Shown: piece by piece, positions 38,439 through 54,321 of the stretch
How positions within the stretch are numbered: position 1 is the stretch's first letter
How the letters are laid out: the number at the start of each line of letters is the position of its first letter
NCBI GenBank assembly: GCA_951406725.2
Contig: OX597825.1
Coordinates: 28,272,001 to 28,336,000 of the forward strand
Origin: Octopus vulgaris
Lineage: Eukaryota
Direction: 5' to 3'
DNA length: 64,000 nt
Translations under genes and position numbers: made by a program
The notes under the pieces: generated by a model
Told to the model about the DNA's origin: nothing
Databases searched by the model: none
The model's input: the letters and a program-made list of their open reading frames with translations, nothing else

Positions 38439-39212
38439 GTGAGAGAGAGGGATGCCAAAAAAAAGGTAAAAACCAAGATCAAAGAAATGTTTCCTAACAG
38501 AACTGATTTTACAGAAATTTGCCAAATGTTTAAATGGGGTAGCGTCTAACTACGCCACAAGACCTGCTAGAAATAACAGTCTATTTGCCCTCAATATAAA
38601 CTTGTCCGTCATAAGAAATATCACGTCGGATAATATAGTGCGGAAGAAAACGATGCTGCGTACACCATAGCTAGATTGGCTCACATGCGAAGAGACCTCA
38701 CTAAACCGGATTTAAAAACTTTTGATAGTAAAACTGTGCGTGGGCTTGCAGAGTAAGTTACAATCTATGCTTTATGGTGAGAAGTTTGTATAAAGTTCGC
38801 ATCTGTCTGTCAAACCATTATGTTCTGTAAATTGGCGAATGTTTACACCATCTTAGGCCAAAGCCAGAGGCCAAGTAAAAGATATAACAGGCTCACTCGA
38901 AGACAAATTGAGTTAAAATCGCGATTGGATTTTGCCTGTGTACACATGCTGGTGTTCACTTCCGTGTAAACATGAAACTACATTCAGAACAACACTAGCT
39001 CTATACTCTTTCGGTATATTTTACAAAATAGATTAGAGCGCTGAAATCCCAACCCACAACACACGCGACGTTTTCCCTTTCAGCCACTGAACATCAACGT
39101 ACGCTGCTACATATACATACATGCATACATACATACATACATACATACATACATACATACATACATACACACATAAACACACACACACACACACACATAA
39201 ACACACACACAT

Positions 39213-39283
<71 letters not shown>

Positions 39284-39415
39284 TGTATGTATGTATGTAT
39301 GTATGTATATATGTGCGTGTATAAGTGTTTCTTTATATACGTGTCTATGCATTTACGCTTATATGTTTATATGCATATGCATGTATGTGTAAGTGTACGT
39401 TTCTGTGTGTGTGTT

Positions 39416-39499
<84 letters not shown>

Positions 39500-40525
39500 A
39501 ATACGTATATGCAAAGTGAACAGCTCATTTTGATCTGTGACGCGGTCATCAACCATTGACTATCAGACGTTCATGACATCCTCCTTTCATAAAGCGCACT
39601 CGGGCTGTATTATAATTTAGAGATTATTATAGCGATATACTATATACGATTGATGAAAACAGCTCCGGGCGTTGAAGAATAAAAGCTATTATATCCTTCA
39701 AACTATATCCAGCAATATTTTAATATATTGAGGAAATAGCTGCAAGCAAAATCATTTTGATATTTGAGAATTTATTATTATAAAAGGACACTTTTGATGA
39801 GCATAACTTTCATAAAACTTTGAATTCGCCGTATATGTTTAGTATAATTTTTACTCTACGTGAATATTTACAAGATATAAAGCAGTGTAAGGATATTTAA
39901 AAAACAAAAAAAGAAAAACATTGACGTGAACTCCTACATAAATATATTTATCACATATTTATACGTATCAGTGTAGGTGTATATACTCATTGATAACTTT
40001 AGTCGAATGCATGCACATACATGCAAATCTCTCTTTCTCCCTTCATCTATCCCGGCCTCTGACTGTCTGTCTCTCTCTCTTTTTTTCTCTCACTATCTCT
40101 AGATATATATGTATGTGTATGGAATTGCGTGTGTGTGTATGTGTCTTTGTGATTAATTACATGCATATAATTTGCAACATTCATGGGAGTGTGTGTCAAA
40201 AGGGAAGCTGTCCCACTCTTGATGGCGTTATTCTTTTAAATAACACACCCGTACTGGTTGTAATTTAAGCTTCGAATCGTATTCAATTATTATGAAAGTC
40301 TTGTTAAATCAATGTATTTGATTATTTTCTCCTTTATCTATTTGTTTATTTGATTATTAATTCAATTTTCTAACACATATTTGAAATCCATCCTCAAGCG
40401 TTTTGCTAGGACTGACGCTTTCCCTTTTGTGACGAGTATTTATATCGATATTGGTGATTGTGTATTGAGTACGTGTGCCTATACATTTGTAAGCATATGA
40501 CTCACAATATGGACCTGTGTGCTGC

Positions 40526-40574
<49 letters not shown>

Positions 40575-40575
<1 letters not shown>

Positions 40576-40764
40576 CCGCGTGTGTATCGTTCGCGATTTT
40601 TTCCCTCCGTCTTCCCTTCCTTGGATTTTTCCTTTTTCTATGTTTCTGACGAAGAGCTCCGCTCGAAACGTTAAATCCTCCTTCTTTCTTTCCGTTCCTG
40701 AGCGTTCAATAACACTATATTTGTTCCACATACTCGCGTTGTCGTGTTTTCATGTTTGGATTAA

Positions 40765-40770
<6 letters not shown>
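40575..40770 (+). mobile_element. Penelope-type pLTR fragment with an intact-core hammerhead motif (40643-40675)
   Basis: TTT-CTGACGA-A-GAGC(TCC)GCTC-GAAA-CGT-T-AAA; lies between (TG)n and (TA)n. Confidence 0.72.
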
Positions 40771-40837
<67 letters not shown>

Positions 40838-41687
40838 TGTAATTGTAACAGAGTATGATGATCGTCCATCAATTTACGTGCGTGTGTTTGTGCGTGTGCA
40901 CGAGTGTGTGTGTGTGTATACATGCACACACATAAGCAAATACACAAGCACGCACATATATTCTTTCATACATACATACACACAGGCATATACATACATA
41001 CATACATACAAACATACATACATACATACATACATACATACAAACATACATACATACATACATACATACATACATACATACATACATACATACATACGTA
41101 CATACTATATACATATATACACACATCCTGTGTGATGTTTCGAGGGAAATATGACAAAATCTTCATTTTTGGTTTCACCTTGGAGTTCCAAAGGATTCAC
41201 TGTCACTTTTGCTTCTAAGGAATATCATAGCTATTTTCTGTCCTTAGAATGCAAATGCATAGCCTTCGAAGAATGATATGCTGTAGTTGTCAAGAGTCCA
41301 AGAGAGACTGTGCTTCATGTCGATATATTTAGCTTCTTCAAGTGTTCAGGAAAGATACCCATGTTCATTTTTTTTTATCTTGCTGAGGATTCCACATCCA
41401 GATTTTCATGGATGTATGTTAGTCCAGCTTATTTAGGGTTGAAGAGGAGGCCATCAGAAAGAGATTGCCTCCTGGGGAGCTCGTTGACATTGTTCTCTTC
41501 GCTTTTCAGCTCTTAGATAATACATATGTTTTTGCTGTTATTGTTTAAGTAATGCTGTCTGAGAGACCATACGACATTCGTAGGCTGTCTGCACTGTCTT
41601 CGAGCCTCTATTTCCTTTATTTGTTCTTAGGTAGTGCCTGTCGTTATCATCGTTTGTGTGGAGATTTCCTGTTGATGTCAGAAATAA

Positions 41688-41919
41688 GGCGGCGAGGTGG
41701 CGGAACCGTTAGCACGCCGGGAGAAATGCGTAGCCGTATTTCGTCTGCCGTTACGTTCTGAGTTCAAATTCCGCCGAGGTCGACTTTGCCTTTCATCCTT
41801 TCGGGGTCGATTAAATAAGTACCAGTTACACACTGGGGTCGGTATAATCGACTGAATCCATTTGCCTGTCCTTGTTTGTCCTCTCTGTGTTTAGCCCCTT
41901 GTGGGTAGTAAAGAAATAG
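41688..41919 (+). mobile_element. SINE family D with TSD GATGTCAGAA
   Basis: Full head and body; direct repeat at 41674-41683 and 41919-41928. Confidence 0.9.
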
Positions 41920-42533
41920 ATGTCAGAACCTTGCTGGTTTTAACGTCTATGGAGTGAATTTCCTCTGCAGACCAGACAAGTATCCGAATACTTGTCTCGT
42001 TGTAAGAAGAGAGTCCTGACAGCTTTATTTTTCCAAGTCAGGCATAGTATTCTCGGGTCACTTTAGTTTTAATTCACAACATCATTGTATGATATATTTT
42101 CATCAATGTCCAGGTACTTTTAGCATTCTTTGTGTGGGACAAAAGAGATCATGAGACCATTGATGCATAAGTTTTTGGTATGAAGGGACTGCTTTTACCT
42201 GTTTAACAACAATCAAATATGAACATTTCTTTTGGCCAAATTCCACTCCTATGTCAGCTGAAAATGTTATCAATTCCAGCTGGTTTTTGGCATTATTAGA
42301 ATTGTTGTATGTATGTATGTATGTATGTATGTATGTATGTATGTATGTATGTGTGTGTGTATGTATGTATGTATGTATGTATGTATGTATGTGTGTATGT
42401 ATGTATGTATGTATGTATGTATGTATGTATGTATGTATGTATGTGTGTGTGTATGTATGTATGTATGTATGTATGTGTGCGTGTGTGAGTGTATGTATGT
42501 ATGTATGTATATATGTATGTATGTATGTATGTA

Positions 42534-42564
<31 letters not shown>

Positions 42565-42727
42565 ATATGTATGTATATACGTATGTATGTATGTATGTAT
42601 GTATGTATGTATGTATGTGTGTGTGTGTATGTATGTTCAGATTTTACTTATGCAAAGTCTTTCTCACCTTCCTATGAGTCAAACTAATACACCTACTTGT
42701 TATTTATATAAGTAGGTTATTTATACA

Positions 42728-42960
42728 GCGGCGAGCTGGCAGAAACGTTAGCACGCCGGGCGAAATGCTTAGCGGTATTACGTCTGCCGTTACGTTCTCA
42801 GTTCAAATTCCTCCGAGGTCGACTTTGCCTACCATCCTTTCGGGGGTCGATTAAGTAAGTACCAGTTACGCACTGGGGTCGATATAATCGACTTAATCCG
42901 TTTGTCTGTCCTTATTTGTCCTCTCGGTGTTTAGCCCCTTGTGGGTAGTAAATAAATAAG
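42728..42960 (+). mobile_element. SINE family D with TSD GTTATTTATACA
   Basis: Direct repeat at 42716-42727 and 42960-42971. Confidence 0.9.
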
Positions 42961-43316
42961 TTATTTATACACCTCTCTTCGTCATTTGTTTTTCTGTAAA
43001 TTTCATTTATGTGTGTATGTATGTATGCTTATTAGTTCTGTTTTCATCGGTGGTGACGTTGTTACTTTCATCTGTGGTGGTGTTAGTCTCAGCCATAATC
43101 GTGTTAACGATATTGCATGTGGTGTAGATGTATGCTTTAAAATCTGTTCAGGATAACGCTATGCTGGCGAGTAGAAGGTGTTTCGCTAATCAATTATTGG
43201 GGAAATAAACCAGCCACCGATTTAGGCTGGAGACGCCGGCATTTTCTAGAGGAAGGCGTTCAAAACGGACTATTTAAACGGCCCTCAACACCTGCACGTC
43301 CGATGGTCACGGAGCC

Positions 43317-43363
<47 letters not shown>

Positions 43364-44159
43364 AACTACACAATATACGTACGAAATTTCCAAATATATA
43401 ATATATATTTCTAGAAATTTAGTGATGTTCAGTGAACTTCATGAGCAAAACCAAAGCGAAGTGAAACATATTAGTAACAGTTAAAAGTGAATGATCTAAT
43501 TTAAACCATACATCCAAACCGATTCTACAACATCATAGTCTCACTTTGTTGATTAATACAATGTAATGATGTGAATTTAGCTGCTGGTGTTTGTAATTTC
43601 TGAAAATGTAATCTGTTAAAATTGAACGTGCCACAAAGCCAAATATTTCTCTGGCTAACTCTATAATGTGAATGGGTGCAATTTTCTTCGTGTCCGATCC
43701 AAAATGTTGACTGTTACAAGATGAGACGTGCGAAAATTAATTTGGAAGCTGTTATGTGATTTCCCGTTAGAAGTTCAAATGTACAAGTGTTTGTGACATT
43801 ACACTACAGGCAATATATATTATTATTTATTTTTCTGGTGTCAGTCATTCGACTGTGGCCATTTGAACTCTTTCTTCAAAAGATTCAGTCAATCATATCA
43901 ACCTTAATACTCATTGTAACCTAGTGAATTATTAACCCTCTTTGAGCTAGTTTTGTAAGTTACATTTTTATAGCAAGGGGACACGGCTCAGTGATTCACA
44001 CGTATAATTATTTACTCTCTCTCTCTCTCCTCTCTCCCTCTCTTTCTCCCTCCCTCACCTCCGCGCATCCACATATATTTATGTGCGTGTCTATAGCGAT
44101 AATTCTTTCTTCTGTTGGTACAAGTTTGAAACTCTGAAGGAGAGGGATGTCTATTATAT

Positions 44160-45012
44160 CGGCCCCAATGCCTGAGAGATATTTATTTCATCGACCCCGA
44201 AATGGTGAAAGGCAATATCGGCCTCGGCAGAATTTGAGCTCAAGATGTGAGGAGCTGGAAAAACTGCTATGATCATTTAGTCTTGCGTGCTGACGTTGTG
44301 AGTTCAAATTCCGCCGAGGTCGACTTTGCCTTTCATCCTTTCGAGGTCGATAAATTAAGTACCAGTTACGCACTGGGGTCGATCTAATCGACTTAATACC
44401 TATGTCTGTTCTTGTTTGTCCCCTCTATGTTTAGCCCCTTGTGGGTAATAAAGAAATAGGTACTGTCAGGTAATCCAACTCCCCATGTGTAATAATAATA
44501 ATCGTTTCTTTTAAAGGCATAAGACCTGAAATCTGGGGAATGGGACTAGTCAATTACACCGACGCCAGTGTTTCAGTGGTCCTTAATTTATCCACCTCGA
44601 AAGGATAGAAGGTAAAATCGACATCGGCAGAATTTGAGTCCGAAACGTAGTGACAAGCGAAATACCGATAATCATTTCGTCCAGCGTGCTAAAATATTCT
44701 GCCAAACAGTAATAACAATGAGCATAAAAAAGTGATATCTGTGTAGAAGCGTATGGTAGATTTTGCCCTTCGTATTTTCTGGGCGATAACTTAAGTACTG
44801 GGTTCGATGTAATCGACTATCCCCTCCACCGAAAAGCTTCAAACCTTGTGTCTTGCGTAGACAGTATTAGGGGTCGACTTTGTCTTTCATCCTTTCGGGG
44901 TCGATAAATAAAGTACCAGTTAAGCACTGGGGTCGATGTAATCGACTTAATTCCTTTGTCTGTCCTTGTTTGTCCATTCTGTGTTTAGCCCCTTGCGGGT
45001 AGTAAAGAAATA
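44160..45012. mobile_element. cluster of SINE family D fragments in both orientations
   Basis: Core GACTTTGCCTTTCATCCTTTCG.GGTCGATAAA or its complement at ~44190, 44320, 44590 and 44875. Confidence 0.8.
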
Positions 45013-45185
45013 AGTATTATTACTATTACGCAACTCGAATGACAAATAAAAAATTGGGTGGCGCTAGGTAGAGAAGAGCGAGGAACATTTCACTGATCCC
45101 CATCATTTAGTTACTTCCTACAGCTTCCACCTTGCATCTGTAGTAAATATACACTTATAATTTTATACATAACTTTATTTATACC

Positions 45186-45458
45186 AACAATTGCAGCGTG
45201 CAAGGTGTTTATAAGCCATTTAAGAAACACACAAAAACCGTTAGATTCACTTCAACATTTAAATTTAATTTGTCAAAATATTTTCGTCGCTTTGAGACCG
45301 CGACCTGTTCACTGAGCACAGAATTTTATCAGTGAACAGGTCGCGGTCTCAAAGCGCTGAAAATATTTTGGCAAATTAAATTTAAATGTTGAAGTGAATC
45401 TAACGGTTTTTGTGTGTTTCTTAAATGGTTTATAAACACATTCTACGCTGTAATTGTT
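45186..45458. mobile_element. long hairpin (~130-bp arms, 13-nt loop) of a PLE-type terminus carrying a variant hammerhead motif
   Basis: 45186-45315 is the reverse complement of 45329-45458. Minus strand of the left arm: TCA-GTGAACA-G-GTCGC(GGTCTCAAA)GCGAC-GAAA-ATATT-T-TGA. Confidence 0.75.
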
Positions 45459-46444
45459 TTCGTTCGAGGCACACGATCTCTGATCAGGTCACTTGCTATG
45501 CAAGTACATCGCCGTAATTTATTTATACCCGTATACAGAATACTGTATATCTAGCTAGCTATCTGTAACTGTGTGTGTGTGTATGCGTGTGGGGTATTCG
45601 GGCTAAATTTTTAGATTTCATGTCTCCTTTGCTCCAGGAACAGGTTGATGTGGCGTTGGAGATCATATAGAACGAAGTAAGGAAGAAAGAGAAAGGAAAG
45701 AAATAAATATAGATAGAAAGAAACAATGAATAAATGAATGATAGAAAATATCCCCTTTCTACAGTTATCTACTATGGCCAGTGATCGAAGAAAAACAATG
45801 CAGTTTCTATCATCTCAGAAAAATACCTCTTTCTCTATCTCTCTCCCCTCTTTCCCCCCTCTCTCACCCTTTCTCTTTCTTTCTTTCTTTCTTTTTTTCT
45901 TTTCTCATTCTTTCTTTCTTCCTGTCCTGCTTTTAAACTTTCTTTTTACTCTCTCTAACCAAACCTCCAAAAATAATCCGCAATCTCACACATACTTATA
46001 TTCATACATGCACACACATATCAATACACGTACTATTTATGCACACACACATGGAGATACGAAATAGCAAAGAACATTCTCCTCCACATTCAACTCCAGA
46101 TTGTTTTTGTTTTTTGATTTTTTTTTTTTGCAACTTACGCACAATATATATGTAAAAGGTATAAATTTCTTCTACAAAATAATTGCTGATGAATCACTGA
46201 AATGAGATGAAGGCGCTAATAAATAGTTATCCAGAACTCTGACTGCCAACCTTTTCTTTATTTATGATATCTGTAAACCACTTCAAACAATCTATATACA
46301 CGTATGCACACACGCACTCACACACACATACACACACAATCACATACACACACACGCACGTGCATACATAACTATGCATACAAATAGTCACAGAGTGAGA
46401 GGTATCAAGGTATTACCCTAAACTACACACACACACACACACAC

Positions 46445-46494
<50 letters not shown>

Positions 46495-46539
46495 ATATTA
46501 AGCAAACACGTAGACATGCGCATACACACACATATCATA

Positions 46540-46589
<50 letters not shown>

Positions 46590-47076
46590 TATATAAATAC
46601 ATACATGCTTGCTTGCATATAGAATCATGTACTTGTGTTATGTATTTATGTACATATACAAATATATATTTATAGCGTTTGTATGTAGATTTGAAAGTTG
46701 ATAAGCTAAAGAAATATGCAGAATATCATCGACGTTAACCAGGAATGTGTGCCTTCAGAACGGTGCCAAAATTCTAGTTGACATTTTCACAATGGAGATT
46801 CTACAGACAGCTACGGCACGTCATATCCATTTCGCTTCCTTATTTTTTTATCGCATTCCGAAGAAACTAACACTTTGCCTCATAAAATATTCTGTTCACA
46901 CTCACATGAAGATATACACATGTGCACGCAAATGTACATACTCATAAATGCCCAGAACACACGTTGCGCAAAAACAAAAAAAAAAAAACAAATAACGCCT
47001 AATCCACATAAATGATTCCCACTTTACAGTAAATATATGTTTTATGTATGAATGCCGGAACGTAAATGATATTATA

Positions 47077-47152
<76 letters not shown>

Positions 47153-47297
47153 TACAGAAAGACTCAAATGCAGAGACAATCACAGACACCTCCATATTCT
47201 AAGTGGACCCTTCTCAGTTATACGCCATACGCTCATACACAAAACATAAGCACACATATACATAATTCATATAACTAGAAAAAACACTACACTGTCG

Positions 47298-47690
47298 AAG
47301 GCGTGGTTGTGTGGGAAATAGTTTGATTCCAAGCCACATGCTTCAGAGTTCAGTCTCACCGCCTGGCACCTTGGGCAAGTGTCTTCCACAATAACCTCGT
47401 GCCGACCAAACCCTTGTGAATGGATTTGGTAATCAGAAACTGACAGAAGCCTGTCGTATGAGTATATATGTATATTCTTATATTTTTTTTTATTTGTTTT
47501 AGTCATTTGACCGCGGCTAAACTGCAGCACTGCATTTATTCGAACAAATCGCTCCCAGGGATTATTCTTCGTAAGTCTAGTACTTCTTCTATCGATCTCT
47601 TTTGCGGAACCGCTACGTTTCGGGGACGTAAACACGCCAGCATCGGTTGTGCAGTGATGGTGGTGGACAAACACAAGCACACAAATACAT
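47298..47690. mobile_element. SINE family C head (+, 47298-47460) next to a family C tail (-, 47490-47690)
   Basis: The two halves match 12956-13385 in opposite orientations. Confidence 0.7.
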
Positions 47691-47733
47691 ACAATCATAC
47701 ACACACACACGCACACACACGCACACGCGCGCG

Positions 47734-47802
<69 letters not shown>

Positions 47803-47806
<4 letters not shown>

Positions 47807-48300
47807 GGTGTTCCAGAGGTTTGGGGCACATTTTGACATTGGATATCTCGATAACTACTAAGGACATAAAAGCGCATGTGATATATTCTGAAAGCCTGCA
47901 ATTTCAAGTTTATTTTTTATGGAATGTTCTAAGATGTTCAATGTGAGCACCATCGTTGCCTTCATGGTCGTTATATTTGAAGCTTATTGTATACAAGACT
48001 TCTTCAAGCAACGTGCCTTTAATCTATTTTGCAGAGGATAGGACAATGGCATGAAATACATTTGGCAAATATTTCTAGCAGGTCAAGTAACCACTTAAAA
48101 GTTCCCTTGGCGCGTTAGCGTAAAATTCGGCGCAATATTTCAGAGTTGAATTTCCTGTCTTTGCCGACCAGATATTTAAAGCTTAGTTTTCTCAATGCTC
48201 GATAGCAGGCCATGAACCAGTAAATCTATGTCTGATTGCCCGACACCCTATTAACCTCTTGCAGATGCTTTTCCAAGTTACGAAGTACTGACAAGCTACT
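47803..48300 (-). mobile_element. possible old Tc1/mariner fossil (right end)
   Basis: TA-CATGGTGTTCC terminus; minus-strand GAHIEHL C-terminal motif and an RLIGCR..WPA remnant. Confidence 0.35.
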
Positions 48301-49236
48301 ATTTCCTGGCTTAAGTGGCAGATTGAATTTAGATATGAATATGTCTTGTATAAGCTAGAGATCAAATGTCTGCTCGTAGTACAATTACGCCAGTTGCGGC
48401 TAATGTTATATAACGTACACAGACAGACCAAAATAACGTGACTGCACGTGTGTGAGTGTGTGTGTGTGTGTGTGCATGTGTGTATGTGTGTGTGTGTGTG
48501 TGTGTGTGTTTGTGTGTATCTGTGTGCTTTGGTCCTCTGTGCTGTTCTACTGAATATTTGTGAAAAGTGAGTGTAAGTATGGCTTATTAGTGATGTCACA
48601 TTTTGTTAGCTATGTGTATGTGCCTACGCATGCGCGTGTACGTCTCCGTAATACGTGTATGAGTGAATGTGCGTACGTGCAATCGGGCGGTCTTGTGTGT
48701 ATGTATACCTGTAAGGTGGACGTAGTGGTAGTGTGGTATGTATGTTTGTATGTATTTCACTGCCTGTTTCATATTTAGATGTACGTGTATCTATCTATCT
48801 ATTGGTCAGTGTATGCATACATATCTGTTAGTGGCCACAACATTAATGTTAGAAGGAGACAGGCTAGTGAGTACGAGCCTGATTGCATTCATAACAATAT
48901 TGCTTGCGTGCATTCGTGTAGTTCTACATTTAAGCTCCGTTTAATACATACGTGTGTGTGTCAGTTAAATTGTAATATTAACACAAGTGCGTTAAGGCGG
49001 CGACCGTGTGGAATCGTTAGAACGATGGCAAAAATTCTTAGCGGCATTTCGTATGCTTTTACGTTCAAATTCTGCCTTGGATGACTTTTGACTTTCACTC
49101 TTTCGAGGTCGATAAAATAAGTACCAGTTCCACACTGGGGTTGATGCTATCTAACTTCGACACTCGCCTGGACTTGCTGACCTTGTGCCAAGATTTGAAA
49201 CCAATATTAATAATAAGTGTGAATGTATATGTGTTG

Positions 49237-49272
<36 letters not shown>

Positions 49273-49550
49273 AATGGATGTGTGTACAGGAATATTAGGG
49301 GTTGCATCTATGTATGTGCATCCGCAGAGCAATGTGTACGCACACGAGTGTGTGTGTGTGTTGGAGTGTGTGTGTATGTCAGTGTATGTATGCATGTATA
49401 AATGCGAATATGTGAGTGGGTGCGTTACTCTATTGCAGTTCATATTTATAATTGTGTAATGATACCAGTGTACACAGAGTGAGTGTGTATATGTGCGTGG
49501 CAGTGTGTATGTGAGTGTGAGTGTGTGTGTCTGTATATGAGTGTGTGAGT

Positions 49551-49625
<75 letters not shown>

Positions 49626-49838
49626 GGAGAGGTTAAAAGACGACAGATAATTGAATGTGCAAGTCTATCCATTACAGCACGCAGCCGGAAGTGTAAAGTA
49701 TATACATTGTATATGATTATTTATATAAATATGTGACTGATTCAGAGAGAGAGAGAGAGAGAGAGCAGGGGTTTATGTACACTCATTTATATACATAGAT
49801 ACAGACACGCACTTACAGGCATACCTGTATACATATTT

Positions 49839-49895
<57 letters not shown>

Positions 49896-49973
49896 TACAT
49901 AATCTATACACACACAAACACACGCACTAACGAAATATAAATATACATACAAAAGCTGCAACGTCACGTTGTT

Positions 49974-50027
<54 letters not shown>

Positions 50028-50072
50028 AATATATATGTATGTAGGTATATATATATATATATGCATATATAA

Positions 50073-50133
<61 letters not shown>

Positions 50134-50191
50134 TGTATGAATAAGTATATACATATATACATATATATATATGCATATATATATATATATA

Positions 50192-50244
<53 letters not shown>

Positions 50245-50808
50245 GCATACATACACACACACAGCATGCAAAACATTTAGAAAGAAATGAATATCTCCGG
50301 TTCAAAAGAGCTCGACCCCAGTCGAAAGTTAGAGAAGGCTGTCAAAAGTTTTATACTCACAGACACAAACACACATTTAAGTGTAAACATAGGCGCTGGT
50401 GTGACTGTGTGGTAAGTAGCATGCTTACCAACGACATGGTTCCGGGTTCAGTCCCACTGGGTAGTACTTTGGACAATTGTCTTCTACTATAGCTTTGGGT
50501 CGACCAAAGCCTTGTGAGTTGATAATGGTAGGCGAAAACTAATTTTGTTTGCTTCGGATGTGTAGTTACTCAGATATTCTCATTTCAAATTATGTCAGTT
50601 CTGTGAGGACACGCTGTATATGCGCGTGCGCGCACACACACACACACACAAATACACACGCGAACGTACACGCACACACACACACACACACACATATACA
50701 TGTGTATGGATGTATATATGTCTCTCTCTCGCTCTCTCTCTCTCTAAATATGTGTGTGTTTGTATGCACACATATCTATGAGTATGTGTGTAATGTATGT
50801 ATGCACAT

Positions 50809-51320
<512 letters not shown>

Positions 51321-51414
51321 TTTTTATATAGATATATATAGATGGATATCAGTCAATCAATCTGCTTACCAATCTACCAATCTGTTAATGTATGTATGTA
51401 TGTATGTATGTATG

Positions 51415-51461
<47 letters not shown>

Positions 51462-52048
51462 TTATCCATTTAACTATGCATCCCTCTAGTTGAAAATAAT
51501 GAAACAATCGAACCTTATTTGAAAGAACCCGCAACACATTTAAACAAGAGAATCGGTCAGCAGGCCAATGTTGTTGTTACTATAATCACAGCCAAACCAA
51601 CGTCCTGTTCAGCACCTCCAATAATGATCAACGTTTATACATGTTCTCTGGTGTTCGTTTTGTTTTTGTTAATGGACGAAACTCATTTTCACACCGTGCA
51701 TCACCGCTTTTGGTTTTCTCTCCTTTAGGGGTTTCTGCATCTCATTAGCGACTGCAGACCTTTTTTTTCTATTTGTACAGATCATTATCGTGACCTGAGT
51801 TCGTAAATGATACGTGATAGCTTTGAGACATTTCATCGATATACTATATCTATCTTCCTCAATTATTTATTTCTAGTTCCTCCTCTCCCTCCCTCACTTT
51901 ATCCCTTACTCTGATCCAATATATCACTACATTTATCAGTCGACATTACTATATTCTTACTACTACCTTTTATAGTTATATGCCTCTTTTTCTTCCCCTT
52001 TATATATATCTATTTATTTATCTATCTATCTATCTATCTATGTATCTA

Positions 52049-52571
<523 letters not shown>

Positions 52572-53762
52572 TATATTTATATAATAAAAGTTATAATATT
52601 GATAACTCAGCAGCTAACAGCAGGTGCTAATGCAAATGAATAATTGTTGTGACTTGAATTAAAACCTGTTGTTTGAAATATGTTATGTTTGTCACATATT
52701 TCAAGTGCTAAAGGCAAACACACTACAGTTACCATGGAGAAAAAATCTCTATTACAGTAAAAAGGTGTGAAAACAGTCCGGTCGTTCAGTGTCACCCTCT
52801 CTCGGGAATCTGAGACATTGATGTTTCGAGTTTATTCACTCTTGTCGATCAGATGTACATAAGAGGAGCAACCCTGAACGAAGACACTGTAGTTGGAAAG
52901 CCTGCAGCTCGTGGAAATAGTTTACTCCTCGTCATCCATCTCAGGAAAAGTGTATATGAAGATAAATGAGAAATGTTTGTATCCCTGACATAGCTTATGA
53001 AGATACGAAATGGAAGTCAACAACTTGAAAATTTCGGTCTCCGTCAAGTGGGATGCGTTTCCAACCTCTTTAAGATGATCCAACAATTTTTACCTGGGGT
53101 ATAGCATCTCTGGCGCTTATTTAATTAAACTGAAAATTACAACAATATGAGCCAAACTTAAACGGACTTGACAAACGATACATCGAACGAATACTAACTG
53201 ACAAATATGTACAGTTAACGAATATATAACGATCTATCAAATAACGATAATTTTCTTTTCTGAAATAATGTTAATTCCATATTCATATTGCGATAATGTA
53301 TTCAAAGTCAAAGAGCTCAACAGAAAATGCATAAAATTTAAAATACATACAAATATTTTTAAGAATCAACAGGAAAGATAATTCATATATTTGACAAATA
53401 TATTTGGTTTTATTTTCCTCGTATTTTTTCTTTTCTTTTTCTGTTTTCCCTTACAGATTCGTTTGTTATCATGACTTTGGTTAATATCAGTTCTGTAGAA
53501 AACATAAACAGCTTCGATTTTCGGTCATTGTTTGATTAATAAAATTGATTATTGTAAAGCGGGATGTAAAATGTGTCTTGAATAGATCCATTCAGTAGAT
53601 AACTGTATGTGACACTCTGACCTTGGACATCAGATTAGGATATCGATTTTTACCGGTACGATAAAACTGTATTTGAGAGTCGTGCGTAGATGTACGGATG
53701 CATTAAATATGAAAGTATGCGAAGATACAGAATGATGGAAATGAACAGTAAAACAAAAGGTA

Positions 53763-53819
<57 letters not shown>

Positions 53820-53836
53820 TAGACAGAGACGGACAA

Positions 53837-53897
<61 letters not shown>

Positions 53898-53952
53898 GGA
53901 GGGGAATGTATGTGCGAAAGTGTGATCATACAAATTTTGTATTTATTCACGA

Positions 53953-54321
53953 CTAGTAGTATCACCCGGCGTTGCTTTAGAATTGGAATTTTTGAAAAGT
54001 AAAAATTTTGCATTATGTAGCTTGTTATTCTCTTTAAGTGAACATTTTTCTGGTTGAAATACACGAAAAATGGCGACAGTCAAAAAATCGTAAGAAAATA
54101 GGTATTTTCATAGAAAAAAAGCACCTTATTGATGTAAATAATTTTTGGTGTTAACATGGTCCGATTTGAATTTTTTCTTCTACGGAAGGAAGAGCAAGCC
54201 TTCTTCTATCATACTGTCAATTTTGGTCAACTTACGCCGCAGGGTCTCGGAGGAGATAGTGTTAGTTGAAGGCTACCAAACCTGCCATACACACACAGAC
54301 AACTTCAGCTTTATATATATA
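53953..54321 (-). mobile_element. second copy of the non-autonomous Helitron
   Basis: Reverse complement of 52181-52571; A-CTAG-TAGTATCACCCGGCGTTGCT on the plus strand. Confidence 0.75.

Noticed and set aside
41100-41680. Possible LINE RT remnant on the minus strand (GIFPEHLKK..LDNY)
   Set aside because: Only a short motif resemblance with multiple stops; not supportable by eye.
46186-46205. CTGATGA...GAAA
   Set aside because: No stem II, stem I or stem III pairing; a chance match.
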